A stretch of DNA of 62,911 nucleotides, the filler included, from Intoshia linei (taxonomy: Eukaryota > Animalia > Orthonectida), in the NCBI GenBank assembly GCA_001642005.1. It is 5 parts of 5 records of this genome, joined end to end, with 100 filler letters (N's around TTAATTAATTAA, not from the genome) between each part and the next. Parts side by side here need not be neighbours in the genome. Positions count along the whole stretch, not along the records: positions 1 to 27,700 come from LWCA01000428.1; 4 more parts are not named here. One strand, 5' to 3'. Within the stretch, counting starts at the first letter, position 1. The number at the start of each line of letters is the position of its first letter. Both the position numbers and the translations under genes were made by a program. A model generated the notes under the pieces. That model had not been told where the DNA came from. It made no database searches and saw only the letters and a program-made list of their open reading frames with translations. Positions 1 through 12,400 of the stretch are shown piece after piece.

Positions 1-1545
1 TGATATTTTAATCTATGGTAAGTCAACTGAAGAACACGATAACTCATTGAAATTAGTGTTAGATAAGATCAAATCACATAATGTTATTTTAAACCCAAAA
101 AAATGTAGCTTACGCCAGAAAGAATAGGTCGTACTATGTATGGTTTTAAATAAGGACGAATATTGTGCTGACGATGAAAAAATTAAAGCATTGAGAGAAT
201 TATCTGTTCCAACAAATATATCTAAGCTGTGAAGCTTAGCTATGTGGATGCTATGAATAGCCATTCATAGCACATACTCATACATACATACATATATAGC
301 ATATACTCATTACTCAAAATTTTTGATCAATTTGTATTTCTTTATATGATCTTACTCATAAAAATGAGATGTTTGAATGGACTACGAAACATTAAAAAGT
401 ATTTGATGAAGTAAAAGATAAAATCTCACAAGTTATACTCTTTACATTTGATCCCGACGCTGAAACAATTGTACAAGTTGATGATTCCAATGAGGGTATT
501 GGAGCAGTTTTAATACAAAAACAGAAGGGAAATGAAGTAACATTAGCATTTTATTCCTCACGTTTATCCCAAACTGAAGTAAATTATTCCACTGGGGAAA
601 AAGAGACATTGGCTTGTGTTATGGCAATTAAGAAATGTCATAGATATGTATATGGCCGTAGGATAACCCTTAGAATGGATCATTTACCATTGATATTCTT
701 ATTAAAAAATGTGACGAAAGAGCATGCAGCTGCAAGAATAAAGAGATGGGCTGTATTTTTACGTGAATATACATATAAACTTGAGCACGTGAAAGGCAAA
801 CATAACGAAATTGCAGATTGTCTATCACGGCTGCCAGGAAATATGGAAACAGAAAGAATTGATATTAAGTATGTTCACATGATTTCTAATCCACCATAAT
901 TAAGTATAAATGAAATTAATGAAGCAAGGGAAACTAATAAATTGTTAAATTAAATTATAAAATACATTTTAACACGGTGGCCATCAAAAGAACAGTTGTC
1001 ATTAAAAGAAATGAAATTCTATCATATCCGCAATGAATTATGGACACAAAATAATAGATTGATGAGGGGTGAAAATTGAATTGTATTACCTGAAATATTA
1101 TATGAGAAATGCATAAGCTTGGCTCATTTTTATCATATGGGTAAAACCAAAACTAAACGTTGTTTGAGAAAATATTTGTGGTTTCCATCTATGAATAAAT
1201 TAATAGACAAAGAAATTGATAAATGTTGGCCATGTGCAACAAGTGATAAGATTATAAAAACTCAAATTCCCTGAAGGCCCTTGGGAACTATTAGGTATAG
1301 ATATTGTAGGCCCAAGGTCGTTTACTCAGGAAGAAAAAAAATTTAATATAACTCTCATTGACCATTATTCAAAATGGACGGAATTTATGTTGGTTGAAGA
1401 AGTCACTACGAACAATATTATACAATTTTTAGAAACTGTTTTCTCCCGTGAAGGTTTACCCGACAGTATTATATCGGATAACGAATCACAATTTAAGTCT
1501 GAACAATGGAAATCGTTTTTAAATTACAATGGAATTAAACCAAGG
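1..1545 (+). mobile_element. Degenerate Ty3/Gypsy LTR retrotransposon pol (RT C-term, RNase H, integrase)
   Basis: The RNase H region reads 'DDSNEGIGAVL..YSTGEKETLACV..RMDHLPL..ADCLSRLP'. The integrase has a zinc finger 'H..HMG..LWFPSM..CWPC' and core 'GPWELLGIDIVGP..IDHYSKW..FSREGLPDSIISDNESQF'. There are multiple stops and frameshifts. Confidence 0.92.
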
Positions 1546-2161
1546 ATGTAATGTCCTAGTTACATTTTGTATATAATTTAATATAGTTAATTATTAAAAT
1601 AAAGTTTCATCAAAGTCTTGCATTTGATAAATTAAGGATATTGCAAATAGTATTGATAATTATTATTTAAAAACGGTTACTAAATATAAAGTTCAGTTGC
1701 TATAGTCAAATTAAATTCAAAAATTTTATAATAGCAAAACTAACAATTGTATTGGTTCAATACATCAAAGTTTAATTGAACTAAAAAATACAAAATTATT
1801 AATACAGAAAATAACTATAGTTATTACATAAATATTTGTTTATTTATATTTTCATAGTTCTGCGCGTTGTTATTTAGTTACACTGCCGTTGTTATAATGA
1901 TATCTATAGATATAGTTCAGCGTGTTCAACATAATATTTTAGGCAGCACCATTGTTGAATTTAAATTTTATTTCATTTACGTAAATTTGAACAAATCTTA
2001 AAAGGTATATTTTATTTAATGTATGCGTGAACAAAATGAGATTTTTCATTGAATTAATTACAGTCTTCGACTATAATTAATCATTACTATCTAAAAATGT
2101 TATGTACGCGTGTAATAGTGTTAACTGAAATTGAAATGTGATTTGATGATGATGATTGTAG

Positions 2162-2997
2162 ATGAGCTGCTATCATTGTGGACAGACAGGACATTATGCT
2201 AGAAATTGTGATTCCGGTGAATCGAAAGATTATCGGTCTAATGGAAGGGGTAACCGTGGAAATGATCGTGATGGTAGTTTTAATGATGAATTTTATGAGT
2301 CATTAAACTTTGAGTTACGTTATGTTGCGCAACTAAGTGATATGGCTTTTTTTGACTATGACTAAATTTATTCTTTAGATCGAAATGTTTGTTACAATTG
2401 CCAAGGTACCGGTCATATGGCAAGAGATTGTACTGAAGACCCAAAATGTCGAAAATGCGGAGAAGGACACCAGTCCAAAGAATGTACCAATAAACATAGT
2501 CGAGGAGGTCGAGATGGCGGATATTCAAGTAATTATTATTTACTACAGATATTATATTAAATAGGAGAACCCAGAGGAAATGTAGAATGTTACAGATGCC
2601 ACAAACAAGGTCACATTTCACGTGATTGCACTGAGGCAGATGGTATAATATATTATAATATTAGTTAAGTTTTAATTTAGGTGGCCGTGGTGGAGATCGC
2701 GGTGGTCGTAGTGGCGGTTATGAACGAAGAGATAGAGATAGGAGCGATGTAGTGTGCTATAGATGCAACGAATCTGGACACATTTCACGTGACTGTTCTA
2801 ACGGACAAAATGGATGCTTTAAGTAAATTTTTATTATTATTAATAATATATTTATTAGATGCGGAGAGGAAGGACACAAATCTTACGAATGCCCATCAAG
2901 AAATAGAGATAGAGACAGAACTAGTAGAGATCGAGATAGTGTACAATGTTATAAGTGTCAGGGCTTTGGGCATTATCAGAGAGAATGCACAGCCTAA
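2162..2997 (+). CDS. CNBP: CNBP/Gis2-like protein with seven CCHC zinc knuckles and RGG-rich linkers, 5 exons
   Basis: Spliced by hand over 4 GT-AG introns: MSCYHCGQTGHYARNC..CYNCQGTGHMARDC..CRKCGEGHQSKEC..CYRCHKQGHISRDC..GRGGDRGGRSGG..CYRCNESGHISRDC..CFRCGEEGHKSYEC..CYKCQGFGHYQRECTA*. Confidence 0.85.
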
Positions 2998-3899
2998 ATT
3001 AGAAAAATATATGTTTAACTCCATAGATAATTACAACATGTATTATAAATTCGACTATAAACTTTATTTTTCAAAACAAGGCATTCATTCTATCATCGCC
3101 TTGTCATTCCGACAACTGTTTTCCTTATTCCATATCAATTTGTTTCATCGATTTAAAATCTTTTATATATTTTTCAATGAAATAAAAAATTTTTATTTTA
3201 CACTTCGATATATATAGATCAATATCTTTTTTTTTCACTGAATTATTTTTCATTCTAAAAATTATGTAGGCCACCATAAACCTACGTTTCCTAAATGCAG
3301 GTTAGCGAAAAGAATTATGTATAAACGAATATCCTTTAGTATCAATATTTATAGTAAAAAAACTGAATTTATATTTTTTGGTCTGTTATTCGTTGTTATG
3401 CATTATTTTTTGTTTAAAATACGAGTCTTCAGTTTAAGCTAGTAAAATGAACTTTATAAAATGGCACTTTTGGTCAAATTTTAAGAAGTCGTGACATGTC
3501 TTAGTTAATAACAGTAATTTACACTACAAATTATGAATTTCAAAAATCTAATTTAACCTTAAGGTAAATTCCACAGTAAATCTTAAAAAATTTAAGTGAA
3601 TTTAGTTGTAAACAGTGAATCCCGAAGTAACACTGTCCGACAAAATTAACGTTTTTTTTTGACTTGGATATAATTATAATGGTATTATAGATAATTTCAG
3701 GGTAAACAAAATAATATAACTCTTATATGAATCGCTCAACTATTTGAAATAATCAGGTAATAGCTTTGTTGCTATAGGCAAACTAATAATTTAATTATTT
3801 TTATAAGTAGCTTAATTACACTAATTTTAAAATATAAAGAATCGTTTAGGATACAATTAATCGAAAAATAGAAGACGTCTTAAATTATTTATTATTATT

Positions 3900-4450
3900 T
3901 TAACTTATATAAAAGGCAACGCGATTTTTGTTTGTGTGTGTGTTAAGCTTTATTTATACTATATTAAATTTCAATTTCTTAATTTCACATCTTACGGATC
4001 AAAAACACCAATTCTCCCTCTTTTTGAAAATCAAACAAGTTGGAGAATTTAAATTAATATATACGCTGATGCGGCTTTTAAAATCATAAACATTATCATA
4101 AATTTAAATTTAAAAAAATTATATCTTCAAAGCCAAAACCACAAATTCCCCGTTTTTTTTTTTTGAAAACTTTTGAAAAAGTTTTATTCTGATAGAGCTT
4201 ATTCCAGTTAATATACATACAAAATTTCAACATCAGAAATCTACGCATTCCCGGTGAAAAATAATTATCAACAATATATTATCAACCAATATTTTTTAAA
4301 TATTGCGAAATTTTAAATAATCAAAAATTGAAAATATAAATATTGATTTAACGATTTAAAAAAAAATTTGGATTGTACGTTTACACATTTCCAATAAAGA
4401 CATATGGGTGAAAATCAATATAATTCATTTGTTCGGAATTTTTTTTTTGC
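3900..4450 (+). repeat. Dispersed non-autonomous repeat family, copy A (possibly Helentron/HINE-like)
   Basis: The core 'ctgatagagcttattccagtt..aaatctacgcattcccggtgaaaa' recurs at about 20710-20785 and inverted at about 5785-5900. There is a (GT)n stretch near the end. Confidence 0.75.
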
Positions 4451-5609
4451 TTTAATTTAACAATAATATTAGTTTACGCAGTAACTGCTAGTTTAAGAAA
4501 TTATAGTGTCAATTTAATAAAGTTATAGCTAAAAATCGACATAACTACTGCTTAAAGTGTTACTGCTCATTTAAGTAAAATGTTACTGCTAGTTTAAATG
4601 TATCCCTTTTTTAAACTTTGTAAAATAATTATGGTCTCAAAGCGTTGTTTTTTTTTAAATGAGTATTTTTACTTTATACTTTAAACTTTAAAAACGCCAT
4701 CAAAGCTTCTCATAAAATTACCTGCCTTATTCGAATATTACCCTTGAAAATCCAAGTTACCTCGTTATGAAATAGAAAGATTTTTACATGTAAATTCATC
4801 ATCACAAAGTATATTATAGTCTCATAATATAACAGTAATAATAGTATTAATTTTTTAATAAAATTTTTTAATAGATTTATTTTAAATAATATATTAAAGT
4901 TCTATTATAGGACCAAAAAATTGTTATGTGGACCACGTTGAGAATAACTGATATAGAATCTTTATTATACATGAATAAAAATGTTGCCAAAATTTTAGTA
5001 AGTGCATTTTTTCTGTATACTCGGTAAATTGAATTTTATTTAAATTAAGAATATTTAAGTAAAGCGACCAGCAGTACATTATTTAACAACATCTAAAAAT
5101 TTACCAAACTTTAGTAAACACGTACTATTACTAGCAAAATAATTTTAATATTAACATTTAATACACATTTTTACATACCAAACTTTAAGTACAAAACTGA
5201 TTTTTATTTACTTTTTCGTCTAAAATAAAATTTTACGTAAAGATAGAGAAGCTTAGAGAGACCGTACGTAAAGAAAGTGTATTGTAGTGACAAATTGTTC
5301 TACCTTTCGATTTTTATGCAATGCATTATATGTATACAATTTATATAAATATTGAAATACATTATCGTCAAAATTATGAATTATTATCTTAAACTATTCT
5401 CTAATATTAAATAATTATATTTAGATAATAAGAAAAAAATTGGAGAATCAAATATAAATATAAATGACGGTAAAATAATTCATTCAAATTTATACAACAC
5501 ACTAATTTAATGTACAATATACTCAAATATAATACTGTATACAGTGAATTGTGTCATAATATTCCAATAATAATTATGTATTGGAAATTACGTTAATCTT
5601 TTTTGAAAA

Positions 5610-6405
5610 TTTAGCAATTTTTGGTGCCTCCTTATTGATTTTTTCTTTATTGAAAATGTATAGGCGTTTAATGCACATTTTTTTTAAAATTCTAGGATCA
5701 ATATTTACATTTTCAATTTTTATTTTACAAATCTGTAATCGAAATATTTGAAAAATATTGGTTCATAATATATTAAAAATTATTTTTCATTGGAAATGCG
5801 TAGATTTCTGGGATTGAAATTTTGTATTTATATCAACTGGAATAAGCTCTACAGAATAATTTTTTTTAAAGGTTAAACTTTTGTATTTATATCAACTGGA
5901 ATAAGCTCTATCAGAATAATTTTTTTTTTTAAATTTCTGACCATTAATTATTTCATTTTTTTTGTATAAAATATTTCGGAAAAAAATATGAATACTAAAA
6001 TGCTTTTTTGACCGTGAAGTCGTCACTTATTTAGATTGAAATTTTTTATGTGTGTTAACATGATACAACTCTACCACCTGTAAATTTTAAAAAAGGAGAA
6101 GGGAATTTGTGGTTTTGGCCCTGAAGATATTTTTTTAAATTTATGATAATGTTTATGATTTAAAATCCGTATCATCATATATATTTTTTTATATTCTCCA
6201 AGTCGTTTGATTTTCAAAAAAAATGCAATTTGGGTTTTTGACCCGTAAGGTGTGAGTTTGGGAGGTTGAAATGTATCTTATTATCACCCCGGAAAAAACT
6301 GTAATTGAAATGTGACTTTATAAAATTCTAAGACTGGTAGTTATTGAAATAAAGTGGATTACACACACACTTAAACAAATATTGCGTAGCATATTATATA
6401 TGTAA
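5610..6405 (-). repeat. Same dispersed repeat family, inverted copy with internal tandem duplication
   Basis: It is the reverse complement of 3900-4450 ('gaaatgcgtagatttctg', 'atcaactggaataagctct' twice at about 5832 and about 5892). 'ccccggaaaaaactgtaattgaaatgtg..aaattctaagactggtagttatt' is shared with 22861-22920. Confidence 0.8.
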
Positions 6406-7013
6406 GGATGTATGTTATAAAACCATGCTAAAATATTTAGAATTTAATTTATAAATATTAAATATAAATATTAATAATAGATGAATTATATTATTACTTT
6501 ATAACATATTAATGAATATATAAATTAGGGTGTCCATTTTTTTTATTATTAAAATCTATTTTGCATGTGGGTGCCTTTTTTGATTTTTACCCTTTATTAC
6601 TCAAAAGAATTAAATCGGTTAATATTTACCCCCTCAAATGTAATTATTGAAATTCATACAAAAATGTAAGGATACATTTAAAATATAACTTTATTTTATA
6701 TATAATTAGATTTGATTTTGTTTTTATGGATATTTATGTTAGTAATTCCAGTGATTTATCATGCTTTGTGCACCATTTTGTTTTTTTAAATTCATTTCTA
6801 GCCTATTTATTTTGGTTTTCAAAGATGCTTGAATTTCCCATAATTAACCTCTAAAACTATATATAAAGTTTATTATTAACTCAAAATTAATTTCATAATT
6901 GTGACCCAAAAATGTTTTTCGGTTGTGTGATTTTGTTTATAGCTTATAGTATAAGCTATAAGCCTTATACATTATACATTATATACATTATGTATGTATT
7001 ATATAATATTTAG

Positions 7014-9369
7014 TGATCGATGTAATCAAAAATTCCACAAATAAGAATATTTTAAATATAACTTCAATAAAAAATGTTGTCAGTATAATAAACAACACAA
7101 ATGTGAAAACCGAAAAGGATATTATTATTTGGTATTTAAAAAAAAATTATTTCCCTTCAAATATCCAGAAAAATGATACTATTGTCATTAAGCCATCCAA
7201 ACATACAAATAACGAAACTACAAACAAAAAAAATGTTCAACAGACTAATAATAAGATTAATACCAATATTTATATGATTACTAAAATAAAAAACCATATT
7301 GAAGATTTCCGATTAGGTATGTTTACTTTTAGAGTTTAACTAACCATTTTATTTGATTATATTTATGATTATTTATTGATATTGAACTATTATTAGATTT
7401 TATTTGATTTTTTTCAATTCATATGGTATCATAGTTACAATAAATAGAAATTATTATGTATTAATTATTTTTTTTAGTTTAAGGGGTACCAACTGCGAAG
7501 TATGTTGAGAACCGCTGGTTTAGGGCATACGAACATTTGAAATACTTGACTAATAATGACAAGTAATGCTGCAGCCCAAATAAAAATCAACTTTTAACCA
7601 TTTGAGGAATATTCGTTATTTTAAATTGAGATTTGATATAAAATTTAAAGCAAGCTATGTGTAATTGCATTGTATTTATTACACCCCACGTCATTTTTGC
7701 ACTAATGTATGCTTTGTGGGTACTTTAATGTATTAAAGCTAAATTACAGAAGAAATGCGAAGCCAATAAATTTGATATTTTTTACTTAAATAATTATTTA
7801 AATAATAAGTTAATTATAATTAACTATCGCACAGTATTTTGTGATATTCAAATTTGTCGATATTATCTATAGCACAGGCTTTTGCGATTTCATAATTTAT
7901 TGATATTATTCATCGCACGAGTATGTGGGATGGATCCTCAAAGAGTTAATAACATTTTTCAAAAATATTTTTTTCACGTTTTTGGGTTGCAATTTATGAT
8001 CGTGCTTATGATTTTAAAAACGATCATAGAGTTTATGTTTTATAAAGTGTTAGGACCTTTTTAATATATAAAAAAAGGGTGGTTTGGGGTTATGACTATG
8101 AAGTTGTAAATTTCTAAGGATGAGATTTAAAACTATGGTAATTACTTTCAAACGCGTTCCACAATATATGTTTTTTTAAATTTTATGGTTGATTTTATTT
8201 TTAAAAAAAGATAAAATTGGGTTTTTGACCCTGAAGGTCACAATTTTGGAAAATCAATTTATGATAGTGCACCACTCTTGGAAAATTGTATTAGCAATTG
8301 GGATTTTTAAAAAATAGTAATTTGTGGTTTTGGCCCAGAAGATATACCGTTTTGAAATTAAAATGTATGATAATGTTCATGATTTTAAAATCTATCAGAG
8401 TCTACGTTATTTTAATTTCTAGGATTTGTTTGATTTTTAAAAAAATGGATAATGGTGGTTTTTTACCTTGAAGGACTCAATTTCTGAAATTGAAATATGC
8501 CCTAAAACCTCACCCTCGAAAAACTTAGTTTTAATTTGTATTTGTTGAAATTCTAGGACTCTTTATAAGTTAGGATTGGAGCAAATTCTCGAAAAATAAT
8601 TAAATAGGTGAGATGTGATGTTTATTAGACATGATATCTCCTTTTATGTATTGAATTGAAGTTGTATCATTTCTAAAAGATACACAGTTTTTTGGTGTTA
8701 TCTCATACATGTAGTTGATTGAAAATTTATCTTACAGCCATCATAGCGACAGTATATTGTGACTTCTGTCTTTTGGCAAGGTATTTGTCATTGCATAGTA
8801 ATGTTTCTGTTATTAGACATCTTTTATATATTTAAATTTTAAATTAATATAAATACTCCATTGATAGATACTGTTCAGTTTTAACGGGGTTATGTTACCA
8901 TATTCTACTGTACAATTGATCGAGGTCACAAATAACCATCAAAAAAATATTTTTTAATCGTCTAATATGAAAATTTTTTGTTTTCTGAAAAAAAATTAAT
9001 TAATAACTATTAATTATATACATGTATATAATATATTTTAATATAATTTTTTTATTATTGAACCAATTTCAGAAACATTATACATACAACATGCTGTATG
9101 GGTCTGTGTATTTGAAAGAATATTATCCACTAATCTTTAATATCAAATTAAAATACAATAATATAGGTTCCATTTTATCAATTATTATGGTTTCAATTTT
9201 TCTGATAATTGTAGCAGTTGGCACATGTATAATGCTAAAAAAGAGCCATACTTTGAATGGAATGGCATTACGCATAAATGAAAACGAAACTGCGTATTCT
9301 CCACTAATCGATATTAGCAGTGATAATCAAAATGATAATATGTATAAAAAGTTTAATACCCTGTTATAA
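7014..9369 (+). CDS. 3' exons of an orphan single-pass membrane protein (N/T-rich ectodomain, TM, tail with YSPL)
   Basis: An exon at about 7014-7317 follows an acceptor 'tttag' and ends in a GT donor. The last exon reads 'SILSIIMVSIFLIIVAVGTCIMLKK..ETAYSPLIDIS..*'. The 5' end and exon linkage are unresolved. Confidence 0.45.
8060..8570 (-). repeat. Dispersed repeat family copy with subrepeats 'ggtttttgaccctgaag'
   Basis: The same subrepeat motifs occur at 6100-6340, 57880-58070 and 59900-60080. Confidence 0.65.
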
Positions 9370-9401
9370 TTATACATTTTAATTAGTGGTTTTTTCTTTT
9401 G

Positions 9402-12400
9402 TCATCTTTTAAGAAAACTTATAATTTGTTCTATAGAAAGACGTTGTGAGGGAGTGTATTGAAAGCACCCATCTAATACTTGATGTATCCCATTTATGGA
9501 TACTTTTGGATTGTCTAGTCGATAATTTCTGTCAGTGGTAATTGATTTTATAAATTGTTCGTCATTTAGAGGCCAATAAGGCAATCTATACTTTTCGGTA
9601 AAAACTTCGTAAACAAATACTCCAAATGTCCAAATTTCTGATTCTATTGACATATTTGCTATTGAGGAATTATTATGAGATAATTCTACGTCATCTTTGT
9701 TTTTAACATCTCTGAAGCAGTTGTTAAGCGAATATGTATCACTGGCATCAATATTATTTGAATATTCTACTGTGAAACCTGACAATGCTGTTTTCATACC
9801 ATCTGCATTTTCAATTTTTTTAATAAAAAGAATGAGACGTTCAGGACTCCACCATCTAAAGGCGGATGGAAATTCATTTGCGTATTGAGAATTAATAGTA
9901 CTGGCAGTTGTGTTGCATCCAATAAATGACAATTTTGCTAAACCTTGAGAAGATATAATAATATTTCTAGCAGCTATATCCCCGTGAAAATATCCCATTT
10001 GATGAAGATATGCCACAGCAAGTGATATTTGCAGACAAATTTTTAATTTAGTATCCACAGTAAAAGGTATCTCTATTTCGGTATTGGTGTAACTTTTTAG
10101 TAATGCTTCATCAGATAATAGATTATCTAGTACCCCCTAAAATAAGATATAATTGTATAATCAATAAATACCAAATTGCTATATTCTATTAATAAAACAA
10201 ATGGAACAGATTCTGAACAGCATCCTATGACTTTAACAATATTTTCATGATTACAGGAACATAACACCTTCATTTCATTAATGAAACATTCGGCAATGAT
10301 ATTATTATGAGATAAAAGTGATTTTGCCATACATGTCAAATTGTTGAACGAATAGTGGATATTATTATTTGCGTTGAATTGAGACAAGAATATATCCCCA
10401 TATTTTCCACTTCCTAATAAAAATATATATACTAAAACGTTTCATTTTAATATTGTCTAGAATCTAGACCAGGAGTGTCAATTAGGCGGTCCGCGTTATA
10501 ATATGAGCCATTCTTTGTCATAAATTAAAGACAATAAATTTAAATTATATGCTACGATATTTCTTTTTATTTTGTTTGTTAGTTTAATTTGTATATTTTC
10601 CGGATATTACAAAATTATTATAGAAAATTTAATATTAAGGATCTATTAAAAAATTATGGCATAAAAAATAGAATATACTATATTTTAAAATACATTATCA
10701 AAATAAATGCATCATAACTACGCCAATTTTAACTAAAAAAGTAATTACAGTACATGGTAATGTTCAGAAAATTAAATTCTATCGAATGTGCGTAAAAATA
10801 ATGCAGTTAGCATATAAAAACATGAGTTAATTATTAAAATATATAATTATTTGTGTTAATTAAAATTATAAAATTATACCTATATTAATTTTAATTAAAG
10901 TGTTAATTTATCAGAACTTAGAGCAGTGTTTTCCAACTGTGGGGCCTACGACTTTTTGGTGGGACCTGGGAAATATTAAAAATTTAAAAGATTATGATAA
11001 CTAGATTAATTTATTGTTACTTTATTTATTTATTATTTTATTTTACATTATTTTCATTATACAGGTTAATTAATTAATTTTTAATTTTTTTGCTTGTATT
11101 TTAGAGACATCAATTTATAATACTATAATGAGTACACCGATAAAAAAAGGGTTCACCAATATTCAGATAAATTTTTGAACTATGGTTTTATAGCTTGTAT
11201 TATTGATAAACGCTTACCTTTTCCCTTTATCCAATAAGTCAATGAAACCGGGTCGTCTTCTTTGTCATTTTGAAATGAAACATTCTAACAATGAAAATTA
11301 AATAAACTATTTTAAATCGTTGAAAGTAAAATTTGAAAATCGAAATAAACTTACATCTGCATTCGAAACTCAATCTACACAAATTAATCGCATGCTTAAA
11401 TCTAGTTATGAAATTGCTCCTTTGATATCAAAAAATGGAAAGAGTCATACAATAGCTGAAAAATTAATAAAGCTAGCAATTTCATTATTTTTTAAAACTG
11501 TTTGTTAAATTAATTAAAACTTTTAGTTTTATCATAAGTTTTGTGCGGCCGCGTAATAATTTTTTTTACATTTGGACCGCCAAACAAATTGAATCTGACA
11601 CCCCTGATCTAGACTGAAAGTATCATAATGTCGAGTATTATCCTGTACCTTCAAATCCTTTTTTTTATTAATGAAAGAGTAGAGTTACTGTGTATTTGTT
11701 TCAGAAGAGCTTATAATGGTTATATAATATACCACAGTGCGACACAATGAAAATTGTTTCGAGATAACGGGATAATTTTAATTTATTATTGATTTCTTAC
11801 TACTAAGATTATAAATTATAATTTATAATGTTATATATGATATTACATTTTTACAGATCGTTAAACTCATATTATGCATACGTGAAAAGTGTATAGTTTG
11901 ATCAAAAAACTGTTCTATGGAACTATCAATTAATATAAATATATGTAAAATGTGATTTAAAAAATTATTGTTGTTAATTTATTAGGCTATTTTGCGTTGG
12001 CGTTTCGATTCTGTATTTTAATTGGCATAACACAATACAATTAAAATATTGAAGAGGATTATAATTAGTAATGCGACCATTGCTAAATTTTCAACGATGC
12101 CGATTCCGATGCGATTCCAAATACTTTTGAATCATACTATTTGTGTGATTTTTATTTGTTTTAATTAGAAAAATAACCAAGAATAAACGAATTTATACAA
12201 CTACGAAATAAACGACTAAGAAACATAATAAAAATGTTTAAAATTAATTAATTAATATTAAATTAATGTCAGAACCAAATAATTTTAAATTATAATGTTA
12301 AAATATTAGCTTTTCACCAGTTTCAGAAATAAGTTTTAGCAATCCTCAAAATTATTAAACTTTAAATTGAAGAAGGTTGCGAAGATAAATATTGTTTTAC

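Noticed and set aside
1547-1830. Possible solo LTR (TGTAAT...ATTACA)
   Set aside because: There is no TSD and no second copy in the window.
2162-2997. CCHC array as retrotransposon gag next to the Gypsy remnant
   Set aside because: It has introns, seven knuckles, RGG linkers and an intact frame, so it is a cellular CNBP-like gene.
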